A stretch of 63,739 bases of DNA, filler included, from an uncultured Methanosarcinales archaeon (GCA_964604995.1; 3 parts of 3 records of this genome joined end to end with filler, not necessarily neighbours in it); one strand, 5' to 3'; shown: positions 1 through 11,083, numbered from the whole stretch's first letter. Numbers and translations are program-made. The notes: generated by a model from the letters alone, not told the origin.

Positions 1-1
1 G

Positions 2-1375
2 ATTGAATATCTCAAATCAGAAATAGAAGGACTTGAACATATCTCCCAAAATCTTGAAGAATATATAATTTCTCTTGAAGATCATGTAGAACATATGGGA
101 TTTTCAAATTTAGCACTTTTAAAAAAAATAAAGGAAATAAATTTGATGTATAATAAAAAATATGAAATAGAAATTGCAGAAATTGAATTTTGTATAGATA
201 AACTTAGTAAAATAGCATCTAGTATTAATGTAAAAGAAGAAAAGTATTTTGATGAAATTGTTAAACCAATAATTTCTGAATTCATTAAAAAAATTATAGA
301 GCTTTATAGTAAGGAAGAGCTAGAAAAAGAGATGGTTAACGAATATTTTGGCAAAATAGTAAATTACTTAAGAAAAGTTGAATATGTAAATAAAATAAAA
401 AAGGATATTGATATAGGATGGGAAGAAAAAACATGGAACTCTTTTTTACTTGTTGTAAAAGGCATTGATAATAGTGTAAAAACCATTAAAATGGATTATA
501 AAGATTCTAAACTTGCTGAAAAAATTGATAAATTTCCAGACAAGAAAGATGAGAATATTAAAACATGGAAACCATTTTTTGATAATATTTTAATTGAAAT
601 AATGAGTATAGATTCAATAGTAAATATGCTAAAAGAAAGAAAACAACACTTGACTGCAACAAAGTTGGAATTAATAAAAAATCTCAGAGAATTGATAATT
701 AAAAGAGTATTGCAATTAGAAAAGATGCAAGAACCATGTGTTGTTGAACTAAATAAATACAGCAGTTCATTAATAAAGGAAATATTAAAGCCCCACCTTG
801 CAGAAATAAAGTATATTAATTTAGTGATAATATCAAAGAGAAAGGAGTGGAACGAGATTGTTAGGGAAGTTTTGACAATGGAATCTGAATTGTTAATGTT
901 GCAAACTAAATTTGATAAACTATTGGCTGAAATTGAACCAGAGGAGTTTGAAAGTATTATAAATAATATTTCTGAGGAATACAAAAAAGTTTCTGAAATG
1001 GATAAAGCAATATATGGGAATATTAAAGGATTAAGTTTGGATATTAAATCAATTATTGGAAATGCTAGATATTTAGCTTATGCTGATATAGTCGACAAAA
1101 AAAGAATTGAAATTTTAAGTAACTTATCTTTGAATACTGAAATAATTGATACTAAAATAAAAAAGAGTAAAAAACAAATTATTGATACTGGTTTAAAAAT
1201 TATTGAAAAACAAGACAAGATAATAGGATATATACAAAAAGTTGCTGTAAATTTGGATTTGGATAATAAGATTAGAGAACAAGTAATTACTGAATTAAAA
1301 TTAAACACAAATAATATTAATGTAAAAGAAAGAAAAGAAGAGCAGAATATAAAATTTGAGAAGAATAATATTTAG
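2..1375 (+). CDS. Hypothetical coiled-coil/helical protein, 5'-truncated at window edge
   Basis: The frame of the 95..1375 ORF is open back to position 2 (ATT GAA TAT CTC...). K/E/I-rich helical sequence; same strand and 8 nt from the next gene. Confidence 0.75.
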   Translation: MEYLKSEIEGLEHISQNLEEYIISLEDHVEHMGFSNLALLKKIKEINLMYNKKYEIEIAEIEFCIDKLSKIASSINVKEEKYFDEIVKPIISEFIKKIIELYSKEELEKEMVNEYFGKIVNYLRKVEYVNKIKKDIDIGWEEKTWNSFLLVVKGIDNSVKTIKMDYKDSKLAEKIDKFPDKKDENIKTWKPFFDNILIEIMSIDSIVNMLKERKQHLTATKLELIKNLRELIIKRVLQLEKMQEPCVVELNKYSSSLIKEILKPHLAEIKYINLVIISKRKEWNEIVREVLTMESELLMLQTKFDKLLAEIEPEEFESIINNISEEYKKVSEMDKAIYGNIKGLSLDIKSIIGNARYLAYADIVDKKRIEILSNLSLNTEIIDTKIKKSKKQIIDTGLKIIEKQDKIIGYIQKVAVNLDLDNKIREQVITELKLNTNNINVKERKEEQNIKFEKNNI

Positions 1376-1383
1376 AGAATAAA

Positions 1384-4300
1384 ATGTCAGAAGAAAAGAA
1401 ATATGCTGGATCGATTATGAAGAATATACTTAGAGCTCAGACTGCTCTAAAAAAATTATGGCAAAAAAGTTCAAGAGAAGATTACTCAAGACTCAAGGCA
1501 GAAGAGACAAGGGATTATTCTTTACTTAATAGAGATTTGATTGAAGCAGTAAGATGGTTCAATGATCTTTTAGAAGTAGTTGAACATCACCATTGGACTG
1601 ATAAAGATCACCATGGAGAAAAATCTATGGAGTTCATAAATGCTAGAATAACAAAAACTGCAATGATGTATGGTCCATACAATAATCTTGACTTTGCAAC
1701 AGTTGAAAGAAAATATTACAAATATGGAACTGTTCAAGGATTAACAATTAAAGATGATGACGAAGAAGGTGAGAAAGATGAAAATCTCCCACCTTATCCA
1801 ATTGAAAAATTTGAAGATGTCAGAATGAGAATGTTACCGATAGAAGGAGTAGAAGAACTATATAAAAAAATGGAAGATGGAAAATTACTCAATCAAGTTG
1901 AATTTATGCTTGAAATGGATGCATTGCTACTTGCTACAACTGGAAATCATGCTCAGGGGTTAGCGGGAAAAAAGATTAATGAAAATGCACTTGAAATGCT
2001 TAAAACACTACCAACACAATTCAGATGGAAAACAAAAGAACAATATATGGGAGAGAAAAAAGTTTATAGTTTTAATTGCTTATTTGATTTGTTTGATCAT
2101 TTTATAAAATCAGATGTTCAAATACTAGAAATTTACTTTAGAAAAAATAAAGGGAACATATTAAATTGGTTTGAAGATATATTGAACTATAATTTAAAAT
2201 CTAAACAACTTTCTGAAAGCGAAATTGTAAAACAGTGGGAATTAATGGAGAAAGAAATACCGTTGACAATAGTTGGATTTATTTTAAAGAATAAAATAAT
2301 GGATATTTTAAAAGATAAAGATACAGGGAGGAAAATAGAAGCAATAAAAGAGATTATAAATGAAAATAGCCCCTTTTTAAAAGAAAGAATTAAACCTTTG
2401 GAATATACTGAAATAATAGGAATTGATGGAAATAGCAAATATGTTTTAGTAGATAGTATAGAATCTTTAATAGATTTATTGGATAAGTATATTGTTGAAG
2501 ATATAGATTCATTCGAAGAAAGATGGAGTTATGTAAAAAATGAAGTTAATACTTGGATTGCACTTGCATTAACAGATAATGATTTAGCAAACAAGAAAAA
2601 TTATTTAGAAGAAATAAATAAAATTCAAACGCTTAAAGATTGCAAAAGTTTTATAAAAAATTTAAGGGGAAAAAGTTACATAAAGGGAAAAATTACTGAT
2701 GAGACTAAAATTTTAAAAATAGAAATTTCTAGAATTAGTGAGAAAATTAATGTTAGATTATTTGATTCTGTCCTAAATGTTCTTGAATATTTTTTAATTA
2801 TAAATGAAGATAGAGAAACTAAGGAAATAAATGAAGAAGACACTGAAAATATAAATGAGTTTATTGCTTGGTTAAATAAATATGGGATCATACCTGAACT
2901 TAAAGAAAGTTTAAAAAAATGTAATGAATATATTGAACTTGAAGAACTTGCTAAAAAGAAGATAGAAGAAATAGCTTCCAATATGGAAACTATAAAATTA
3001 ACAAGAGAAGAATTTGATTCTATTTACAACAAAGGAATACTTACTGTCAAAATTCCACCAGAATTGGTAGTAACATTTCCTGATGGTTATCAACATTTTA
3101 TGAGAACTTGGGGATGGAGATATGTTAATGCACATAAAAATACACTTGAAAAAGTGGTATCCAAAATAATAAAATTATCTAAACACTATTTAATAAATGT
3201 TCAATTTTATAATACAATTATGAGTAAACCTGAAGAAAAAGATGCTAAAATAGAAATAATAAAAAGAAATCTAGAAAAAATGTACAGTAAATCTTATGAT
3301 TTTAGTGCACAATTATGCGATTTAATGTTCTCAGCAAAAATTGGACAAAATATTATCAATAGCAAATTAAATGGAGAGTCAGGTTTTGAGCAAAAAATGA
3401 GAAGATATCCAAATGATGCCCAAAGATATTTTAAAACTCAGTATATGGAAGAATTATCTTATCTTCAAACTCACAATTCAGGACTAGCAAAAGAAACAAA
3501 AAATTACGTGTATTGTAAACATAGTTACAGAGTTTTTATTTATACCCATTATGATAAAAATAACAAAGTAGGATTAAATGAACCAATTATTCCTGAATAT
3601 TATGAAGGTAAAGAAAACAAACATAAACTTCCTTACGGATATAATATTAAAGATGAATCAGAAAAAATGCAATATGATAATGAAATGGAGATATATGTAA
3701 AAGAGAGAAATAAATTTAATGAAGGAGTAAGAAAAGGGGAAATTATTCAAGTTATAGATATGCTAAAAGATGAAACAATACCTGGAAAAGATTATAGAGG
3801 AATGCCGCTTGAAGTAACTGAAATGGGAATACAAGGAGAAGAATTTAATAATGGAACTAAATGTATTGTATTAGTAGATGAGTATAATAAATCATTGTAT
3901 GAGAATAGAGTAAAAAGAGGGATTACTGAACACAAAGAAGAACACCGACTTAAGATGATAGAACTTAAAAAAAGATTCCCAGAAACTGGAAAACCCAGAA
4001 GTATAACAAGAGAAATATATGAAAAATGTACAAGATATATTGATTTACCATTAGTAGCTTCGTATGTTGAAAATGAATGGGATGCATTTAGGGATGATTT
4101 AAGAGATGGAAGATACCATAAAAATAGCATGACAATATATGATTACACTCTTGCTTTGCGAAAAATAAAATTTATGAAAGGAGGGATTGGTAAGGATACG
4201 ACTGAAAAATTTAGTGTAATCTCAAATTTTGAGGCTGATTTAACAAAGAAAAAAATAGATAGTGAGACAGTAGGGGCAGCAAGAGCTTTTGCAATGAAAA

Positions 4301-4692
4301 TCCAGTATCCTGAAAAATATGGAAAAGAAGGTCATTTTTTTATTGGTGAAAGAGCACCATCTAACTTAAATCCAGCTTTTGATAAAAGAGCATTATATAA
4401 CAAACGTTATCAAAATTATATGCATCCTGGTAGAATATATTATTATGACACTGTTTGTGATATTGATTCCGATATTCTTCCACTTGAACATGATGGACAT
4501 ATAACTTCAAGAGGAACAGCTATGTATGTTATTGAAACTGTTTTAAACAGTGGATATTTTATAAAAGATGCACAAAGATTACTAAATTATATAGCTGATA
4601 AAAGAACAAATGGATTAGATTATGGACCAAGGAATTATGCAGAACCTTTAACAAGAGATCCACTTAATCCAAACACAAATGTAAAAGTGTAA
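1384..4692 (+). CDS. Large hypothetical protein (1102 aa)
   Basis: Long uninterrupted ORF. Helical middle; motif-rich ends (VRWFNDL, HHHWTDKDHHG; EWDAFRDDLRDGRYH, NPAFD, HPGRIYYY). No family recognised. Confidence 0.85.
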   Translation: MSEEKKYAGSIMKNILRAQTALKKLWQKSSREDYSRLKAEETRDYSLLNRDLIEAVRWFNDLLEVVEHHHWTDKDHHGEKSMEFINARITKTAMMYGPYNNLDFATVERKYYKYGTVQGLTIKDDDEEGEKDENLPPYPIEKFEDVRMRMLPIEGVEELYKKMEDGKLLNQVEFMLEMDALLLATTGNHAQGLAGKKINENALEMLKTLPTQFRWKTKEQYMGEKKVYSFNCLFDLFDHFIKSDVQILEIYFRKNKGNILNWFEDILNYNLKSKQLSESEIVKQWELMEKEIPLTIVGFILKNKIMDILKDKDTGRKIEAIKEIINENSPFLKERIKPLEYTEIIGIDGNSKYVLVDSIESLIDLLDKYIVEDIDSFEERWSYVKNEVNTWIALALTDNDLANKKNYLEEINKIQTLKDCKSFIKNLRGKSYIKGKITDETKILKIEISRISEKINVRLFDSVLNVLEYFLIINEDRETKEINEEDTENINEFIAWLNKYGIIPELKESLKKCNEYIELEELAKKKIEEIASNMETIKLTREEFDSIYNKGILTVKIPPELVVTFPDGYQHFMRTWGWRYVNAHKNTLEKVVSKIIKLSKHYLINVQFYNTIMSKPEEKDAKIEIIKRNLEKMYSKSYDFSAQLCDLMFSAKIGQNIINSKLNGESGFEQKMRRYPNDAQRYFKTQYMEELSYLQTHNSGLAKETKNYVYCKHSYRVFIYTHYDKNNKVGLNEPIIPEYYEGKENKHKLPYGYNIKDESEKMQYDNEMEIYVKERNKFNEGVRKGEIIQVIDMLKDETIPGKDYRGMPLEVTEMGIQGEEFNNGTKCIVLVDEYNKSLYENRVKRGITEHKEEHRLKMIELKKRFPETGKPRSITREIYEKCTRYIDLPLVASYVENEWDAFRDDLRDGRYHKNSMTIYDYTLALRKIKFMKGGIGKDTTEKFSVISNFEADLTKKKIDSETVGAARAFAMKIQYPEKYGKEGHFFIGERAPSNLNPAFDKRALYNKRYQNYMHPGRIYYYDTVCDIDSDILPLEHDGHITSRGTAMYVIETVLNSGYFIKDAQRLLNYIADKRTNGLDYGPRNYAEPLTRDPLNPNTNVKV

Positions 4693-4704
4693 TTATAAGA
4701 TTGA

Positions 4705-4953
4705 TTATTCATTCCAGTCAGTTGAATGATGTGGGAAATGATCTATTTTTTCGCTTTTTGTGTTTGTATATTCTTCTGCAGTTCTTTTTGAATATTCGTC
4801 ACTAGTATCATAAGTTTCGGGTACATAAAAAAATTTCCCACTTTGCCTTTCAATATCTTTAATGATATTCTGTAAAAAAATAGGCCTGTATCTTGTTGCA
4901 TCATCAGTCCTAGAGTACGTCTGGTTTCCAAACATATCGTTGATGCTTGCCAT
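4705..4953 (-). CDS. Small hypothetical protein (82 aa)
   Basis: ATG preceded by SD-like GAGGCGA; minus-strand TTTATA box at about 5027-5032. Confidence 0.6.
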   Translation of the reverse strand: MASINDMFGNQTYSRTDDATRYRPIFLQNIIKDIERQSGKFFYVPETYDTSDEYSKRTAEEYTNTKSEKIDHFPHHSTDWNE

Positions 4954-5006
4954 GTTAATCGCCTCGTTTTGTGTTTTTTACATGACTTTCCCTCTTTTTC
5001 CTAAGT

Positions 5007-5049
5007 AGTATATAGTGTTACACCTGTATAAAGCTTGAGTATATAGTGT
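5007..5049. promoter_or_regulatory. 12-bp direct repeat AGTATATAGTGT (5007-5018, 5038-5049) bracketing a minus-strand TATA box; candidate operator
   Basis: Two identical 12-mers 31 bp apart; TTTATA (minus strand) lies between them; a divergent wHTH gene starts at 5298. Confidence 0.45.
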
Positions 5050-5297
5050 ATATACCTTATATTATTGGTAGAGAGTAAATCAATATCAAGTAACTAAAAA
5101 AAGTAAACAAATGATAATAAATAATAATTAAACATAGATTATAAATTAATAAATAGCAATTTAAAATATTTAATTAAATATTATTTATTTTCATATAATA
5201 AATAGATATATTTTAATAACAATAGAAATATTTATATATTTAATAATTAATAACACTAATTATAAAATAATACTTAGATATTTACTAAAAGTAAACA

Positions 5298-5825
5298 ATG
5301 AATAACTTAGCATCAATAAGTGACAATGATCAGAAGATAATTGAGTTCTTAATTAGAAATTACTCTGCAAGATATACAACTAGGGAGATTGGTTTAAAGT
5401 TAAAAGTAAGTCCAGCTGGTTCATATAAATCATTAAAAAAACTTGAGCAAAGTAATTTAGTTATTGCAGAAAAATTGGGAACTGGACTTTTCTTCCATTT
5501 AAATTATCAAAATCAATCTGCATTTTATCTTGCATGTTTTGTTGCATCAATTAATGAAGAAGACATTAAAGAATTAAAAGATCATATTCGAGCAGCAATT
5601 AAATCAAATAATAAAATATTATTAATAACTCATCACCACGATGAAGAGCCTGTAAAAAAAATAGCTTCTAAATTATTTTCACAGGAATTAATTCTTTTTT
5701 CAGAGGAAGAATTTGTAAAACAAATAATCACAAAAGATCAAACAATTGTAGATTTAATAAAAAACATGCAAATTGTATATGGAACAGAATATGTAATAAA
5801 AATAATATCAAAGCTAGTTAGATAA
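5298..5825 (+). CDS. Winged-helix DNA-binding protein (MarR/ArsR-like N-terminus, degenerate alpha/beta C-domain)
   Basis: YTTREIGLKLKVSPAGSYKSLKKLEQSNLVIAEKLG is an HTH plus wing pattern. Confidence 0.75.
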   Translation: MNNLASISDNDQKIIEFLIRNYSARYTTREIGLKLKVSPAGSYKSLKKLEQSNLVIAEKLGTGLFFHLNYQNQSAFYLACFVASINEEDIKELKDHIRAAIKSNNKILLITHHHDEEPVKKIASKLFSQELILFSEEEFVKQIITKDQTIVDLIKNMQIVYGTEYVIKIISKLVR

Positions 5826-5826
5826 A

Positions 5827-7806
5827 ATGAAAAAACAAACAAAGATATTGATTATATTAGCAATGTTTTTAGTACTTGCAGTTCCAGTATTTGCACTTAG
5901 TTTAAGTGATTTAGGAATTGGAATTGCAACAGATAATGTTGCAAGTACATCAGTTAATATCTATGATACTTACGCGCAGCTTATTGACTTCTTGTTATTC
6001 CTCTCGCTTTTTGTAGCTATTGCACATATTGCTTTCAAAAAATGGTTTGGAGAAGATTTCAAAAATGCTGGAGCTGGAAATGCAGTTAGAGCACTTGCAG
6101 TTGTAGTAGGAACAGCTCTTGCAATTGCTGCACTAAAAGCTGGTTTAAGTGTAACATTTTTTATTCCATTTGTTAAAAATTTAATTTTCTTTTTAGTAAT
6201 GGTAGTTATATATTTCTTGCTTCAACGTATGGGAGTTAAAAGTAAAGTATTCTCGTGGATTTTAGCTGTAATAATAACATTTTTACTTTTTTATGTATCA
6301 GATGTATTTTTTAACAGTAATAAGTTAGGAGTTCCAAGCTTTGGGAAATTTGGTGGACTTCCTGATTTAGGTGGACCAACGAAAGTTACCAAAATAATAA
6401 GTGGTGCAACAAATAGTGTTGGAGATTTCTTTTCAGGATTATTTGGTAGCAGTGGAAACAAAAAAACCCAAGTTAATAATACTAAAGATATAATTAATTC
6501 TAAAATAAATGAAACGTTAAAAATTTATCAAAGACGAGCAATAGTTGAATGTAATGCACTAATAAATCTAAGCAAAGATTCATTTGAACAATCTTTAGCA
6601 ATACTAAAGAACACAAATAAAATTTATGAAAATCAATACAATACAAGGAATATAAACAGCAATTTAGTAATAGCAGGACAACAATCATTCTTAGCTAAGT
6701 GCAGACAATTGGAAAAAGAGTTTGAAAGTTTATTAACAACTGGTACATTACCAACTGACCAATTAAATTTAACAGATGAACAAGCTTTAATAGAATTAAA
6801 AAATGTTGCATTCAAAATAAGAGATGATTGTAAATTTATTGATATCAAAAAAGATGATACTTACTCACAATTAATGGTAAAATTATCAACAGAATTAAGT
6901 AAAAAAAGAACAATTGCTGCTAATGCTGCATCTGGAGAATTAAACACAAATAATATCCAAACATCTTTAGAAAACTATGATTCGCTGATATCATGTGAAG
7001 AACATTTAACTGAACTTGATAAATTGTTAATTGAATCACCAAAATACACAGATTATGTTGTTGGCTTTGAACAAAAAGCAGAAGTTACACCACCACAAAA
7101 TTCAACTCAAAAAACAGAAATTCCCCCGATAGTCCCAACACCTAATCCAAAAAATGAAACTAAATCCAAAACTCCAAAAGAAAACAAAACTACAACTGAA
7201 ACTTCAAAAACTACAGATACCAAAAATAATACGCTCTTGTATATTTTAATTGGTGGAATGGTGATTTTATTTGGTGGAGGAGGATTTTTATTTACACGCA
7301 AAATGATTGCAAAAAATGCAAAAGCTAATGCTGAAAAAGTAAATGAAGTATGGGACGAAAAAGAACAAAAGTTAACAGAAATTTCAAATCTTCTTTCAGA
7401 AAAACAAAAAGCTGTTGATGCTATAGAAGAATTATTACCAAAAGAGGGTTCAGAAACTCAGCCTAATGATTTAATAGAAAGTACAAAAAAACAGTATGAA
7501 CTTATTAATCAAACAAATGATAATTTAATTAAAAAAATTGGTGAAGCAAAGCAAGGATGCAAGAATGTTATAACGTGGCTACGCAATTTACTCAAAGCGG
7601 AATTAGAAGAAGAAAAAACAATTGATGAGAATATTGAATTAGCATTAGATATAGAAAAACTAAAGTTAGAATTAGATGCCTTAACAAAAGACAATAAAAT
7701 CAATGAAGAATTAATAAAAAAATTAGCATCTGTTGTGAATATGCAAATAAAACAGTTAGAAGAATTAGAAAAACAAATCAATGGTGAAATTGATACAAAT
7801 AAGTAA
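5827..7806 (+). CDS. Multi-pass membrane protein with helical ectodomain, Pro/Thr linker, further TM and C-terminal coiled coil
   Basis: Signal-like N-terminus, about 4 TM segments, paired Cys in the helical domain, PPQNST...PTPNPK..TTTETSKTTDT linker, TM LLYILIGGMVILFGGGGFLF. Confidence 0.8.
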   Translation: MKKQTKILIILAMFLVLAVPVFALSLSDLGIGIATDNVASTSVNIYDTYAQLIDFLLFLSLFVAIAHIAFKKWFGEDFKNAGAGNAVRALAVVVGTALAIAALKAGLSVTFFIPFVKNLIFFLVMVVIYFLLQRMGVKSKVFSWILAVIITFLLFYVSDVFFNSNKLGVPSFGKFGGLPDLGGPTKVTKIISGATNSVGDFFSGLFGSSGNKKTQVNNTKDIINSKINETLKIYQRRAIVECNALINLSKDSFEQSLAILKNTNKIYENQYNTRNINSNLVIAGQQSFLAKCRQLEKEFESLLTTGTLPTDQLNLTDEQALIELKNVAFKIRDDCKFIDIKKDDTYSQLMVKLSTELSKKRTIAANAASGELNTNNIQTSLENYDSLISCEEHLTELDKLLIESPKYTDYVVGFEQKAEVTPPQNSTQKTEIPPIVPTPNPKNETKSKTPKENKTTTETSKTTDTKNNTLLYILIGGMVILFGGGGFLFTRKMIAKNAKANAEKVNEVWDEKEQKLTEISNLLSEKQKAVDAIEELLPKEGSETQPNDLIESTKKQYELINQTNDNLIKKIGEAKQGCKNVITWLRNLLKAELEEEKTIDENIELALDIEKLKLELDALTKDNKINEELIKKLASVVNMQIKQLEELEKQINGEIDTNK

Positions 7807-7808
7807 AA

Positions 7809-9440
7809 ATGAAAAGCTCTGAAATAATAATAAAGTTGAAAGAGAAAATAGAGACAAAGAATTTAGTTCTAGAGCCCTTATTAGTTAAGGAAATAAAAGA
7901 ACATAATACAATAACTAAAGAATATACCACGAAACAAATTGAAAAATTTAAAGAAATTAATGATATATCTGTAAAGTTTGGACATTATGTTAAATTAGTA
8001 AATGTTATGTCTTTAAAATTAGACAAGGAGATTAATGAACTTAAAAAAGAAGAAGAAAAAATGTTATCTCCTTTAATAAAAATTAAAAAAGAATTTGAAA
8101 AAATAAAAGTGTTCGACATTAAAAAAGCATACAAAATATTTTCTACAATTCCAAGTAAAATTAAATCAATGAACTTGAAAGAAAAAGAGGATATAGAAAA
8201 CGCTACAAATAAAGTTTATGAAGAAATAAATGAAATATTATCAGATGATAAAAATAAAAAAATAATTGAAGTTGAATACGAAACATTAGATAAAAAGAAT
8301 GTTGTGATGAAAAATAAAATTGAGGTAAAATTACACATTAAAGAAACACATGGTGATGAATTACATGTTAGTATATTAAATAAAAAAGGAGATAAGGATA
8401 TTGTTATAAAAGATAACAATAATGGGAGGATGGAAAGTATTTTTAGAGTAAAATTATCTGAAAAACTACCAGATTTCCAATGGAATATAGAAAGTTTAAT
8501 TGGAAAAGTAAGAGATTTATTTTTACAAACAGCTAGACAATATCCTGATGCTATTGCAGAACATATTAAATTGTATGTTGATAATTATGGAATATTAACC
8601 AAAAAAGAATTAGAAAATGAGATAGGAGAAAAAAGTATTAGAGTGAAATATTGGGAAAGTGAATTATCATCAAAAGAATTAAAAAATAAGTACAAATATT
8701 ACGAAAAAGAAAATAAAGTTGAAAAATTTGAAAAGGAATATATTTTTAACAATTTTAGAAGATTAGAAAAAGAAATTGAAGGTCATATTGAAAATGAGAT
8801 ATATAGCAAAAAATTAATTAATATTTACACTGAGGGGTATAATAGCCTCAAAAAATTGTATGAACCATTTATGAAAGGAAAGTGGGATGAAGAATTTTGG
8901 AATAAAAGATTTGGAACAATAACTGTCCCACAAAATTTAGAATATAATAAATTAAAAGTAAAAATGGGCTATGAAGTTGAAACTCCCCAAATAAAAGAAG
9001 AGAATACCACTAATAAAAAAGAAACTATTTCAGAAACTCCAATAAAAAAAGATAATAAATCAAATACTAGTTTAAATAATCAGTATAATGCTGCAGAAAC
9101 ACGAGAAGAAAAAGCAGTCTTCAAAAATAAGATGATAGTATGTTCAATGATTAATTCCAGAGAAATTCTTGCAGACAGATTAGATGTTAAACCACTCTTC
9201 AAAGAAGAAGCGCAAGGTTCATTCCTAATTTCATCAGGAAATGGATACGCATTCTTAAACTTTAATTTACCAGCCCAACGATCTGAGTTGATGCAATTAG
9301 TATTTGATGTTAAAGGTAATTTACCATCAGAAAAACAAATCTCAATAAAACCTGCTAAAGTTAAACAAAAAGGTCAAACGTGGGAATTAGAAAATAAAGG
9401 TGAAATTATATTATTAAATACTGCAATTAAATGGAGATAA
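7809..9440 (+). CDS. Hypothetical protein with C-terminal 'PA-x-V...W-x-L-xx-KG' domain
   Basis: 543-aa ORF 2 nt after the previous stop; C-terminal domain ends IKPAKVKQKGQTWELENKGEIILL. Confidence 0.8.
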   Translation: MKSSEIIIKLKEKIETKNLVLEPLLVKEIKEHNTITKEYTTKQIEKFKEINDISVKFGHYVKLVNVMSLKLDKEINELKKEEEKMLSPLIKIKKEFEKIKVFDIKKAYKIFSTIPSKIKSMNLKEKEDIENATNKVYEEINEILSDDKNKKIIEVEYETLDKKNVVMKNKIEVKLHIKETHGDELHVSILNKKGDKDIVIKDNNNGRMESIFRVKLSEKLPDFQWNIESLIGKVRDLFLQTARQYPDAIAEHIKLYVDNYGILTKKELENEIGEKSIRVKYWESELSSKELKNKYKYYEKENKVEKFEKEYIFNNFRRLEKEIEGHIENEIYSKKLINIYTEGYNSLKKLYEPFMKGKWDEEFWNKRFGTITVPQNLEYNKLKVKMGYEVETPQIKEENTTNKKETISETPIKKDNKSNTSLNNQYNAAETREEKAVFKNKMIVCSMINSREILADRLDVKPLFKEEAQGSFLISSGNGYAFLNFNLPAQRSELMQLVFDVKGNLPSEKQISIKPAKVKQKGQTWELENKGEIILLNTAIKWR

Positions 9441-9559
9441 ATCAAAAATATAACATTTAAACGAATATTAGCAAAAAATATATATACCGTCAGATACAAA
9501 ACAAGATAATACCTTAAATATTATATTAATTCATTTAAAACAAGAAAAGGTGAAAAACT

Positions 9560-10561
9560 ATGGCTGGAGAATTTATATTAAAAAGATTATTTTTTTGGAA
9601 GAATACTTACATTGGAATGTTAAAAACAAGATGGGAAGTTAAAGATTACATAAAAGATGTAAAGCATATCAAAGAAGATATGGATAATTCTGACAAAATT
9701 ACACTCCAGCATGATTTATCTAAAATAGAAGATTTGAATACTCACCTTAAAAAAAATGGAGATGATGCAGTAAAAGAATATTTTGCTTTAGTTACAAATG
9801 ATTTTTTATGGCTTGATTCGATTCTAAGAAATATTCCAGATGCAAAAGCTGCCGAGCATGTTTTAGATACCTTAAAAGAGAAATTTAAAGGCAATAAAGA
9901 AATTGAAAAAGCAATAACTGAAGCTAAGAAAAAAATATCAAATAAAAGAGCTGAACTTTTAAAACAAGGAGAAGAAGATTTGAAAAAAGAGTATAAAACA
10001 TTCTTGAATTTAATGGCAGCAGTTAGAACAAAAGATACTGCAACATTAATGAATGATATGAAACAAATTTTCTCAACAGGTGGAACACAATATCTAAGTT
10101 ATATGGCATTAAGATATGATGTTAAAGATGAAATAAGAGATTATCGCAAATCAACAACACACAGAAATAAAGCAGCTGGTGCACTAAAAGAATTAAGAGC
10201 TATTGGACTTGGTAAAGAAACAGTAACACAAAAAGACATTGAAAAAATTCTTTCAAAATGGAATGAAGCAACAAATGCAATTTATGAAGATGTCAAAGAT
10301 GCTTTTGAAAATGGAATGAAAGCACTCATAAGAAGCACAAGTACAATGTTAACTCTTGTAATTTACCTTCATAAGATATACAAAGAAGAAGAAAAATATG
10401 CTTCAGCACATGAAATTCCACTTGCAATGGCAGAAGATATGGAAAAAGCAATACTTGAATTATTTCATACTTTAGATGGTGAAGTTCACGAACTAGTTGA
10501 AGGAGAGCATAAAGTAAAAAAAGATTTAGAAAAAGAACTTGAATGGAATCTTGCTGCATAA
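9560..10561 (+). CDS. Hypothetical all-helical protein (333 aa)
   Basis: Strong SD AGGTGA upstream; helical A/K/E-rich composition. Confidence 0.85.
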   Translation: MAGEFILKRLFFWKNTYIGMLKTRWEVKDYIKDVKHIKEDMDNSDKITLQHDLSKIEDLNTHLKKNGDDAVKEYFALVTNDFLWLDSILRNIPDAKAAEHVLDTLKEKFKGNKEIEKAITEAKKKISNKRAELLKQGEEDLKKEYKTFLNLMAAVRTKDTATLMNDMKQIFSTGGTQYLSYMALRYDVKDEIRDYRKSTTHRNKAAGALKELRAIGLGKETVTQKDIEKILSKWNEATNAIYEDVKDAFENGMKALIRSTSTMLTLVIYLHKIYKEEEKYASAHEIPLAMAEDMEKAILELFHTLDGEVHELVEGEHKVKKDLEKELEWNLAA

Positions 10562-10618
10562 TTTAATTATTTTTTATTAAAATTTATTAAATCATTCAAA
10601 ATTTAAAGGTGATTCAAA

Positions 10619-11011
10619 ATGATGGAAATGAAAGATTGGATAAGCTTTTTTATTGGAGCATTGTTAACAGCTGCTGGTGCATTACCGCTTTTGAATAAAT
10701 TTAACATTGGACCAAGTGCTTTCAAACTTGATTTTTTACCACTTGCAATATTTTCTTATGTTGTTGCTGTTGCAGGATTTTACTTGATGGTAAATTCAGT
10801 AATTGAAATAACAAATAGCAACGCAATTGGTTGGATAAGTTTTTTAGTTGCAGTAGCTTTAATGGCTGTTGGAGTATTACAAGTACTTTCAAAATTTAGT
10901 ATTGGACCTGCTTTTTTTAAGCTTGAATTCATAACAGATACAGTATATTATTTAATATTTACAATCGAAGGGATATTCCTTATGATTGCAACATTTGCTA
11001 TGGAGCTTTAA
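10619..11011 (+). CDS. Small 4-TM membrane protein made of two internal repeats
   Basis: SD AGGTGA. Halves align: WISFF...LNKFNIGPSAFKLDFL...AGFYLM vs WISFL...LSKFSIGPAFFKLEFI...EGIFLM. Confidence 0.85.
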   Translation: MMEMKDWISFFIGALLTAAGALPLLNKFNIGPSAFKLDFLPLAIFSYVVAVAGFYLMVNSVIEITNSNAIGWISFLVAVALMAVGVLQVLSKFSIGPAFFKLEFITDTVYYLIFTIEGIFLMIATFAMEL

Positions 11012-11083
11012 ATTAAAGCTCTTTAGCAATAATAAATAAAATTTATATAATTATTTTTAATTTTGAAAGAGGGGTGTATAAAA

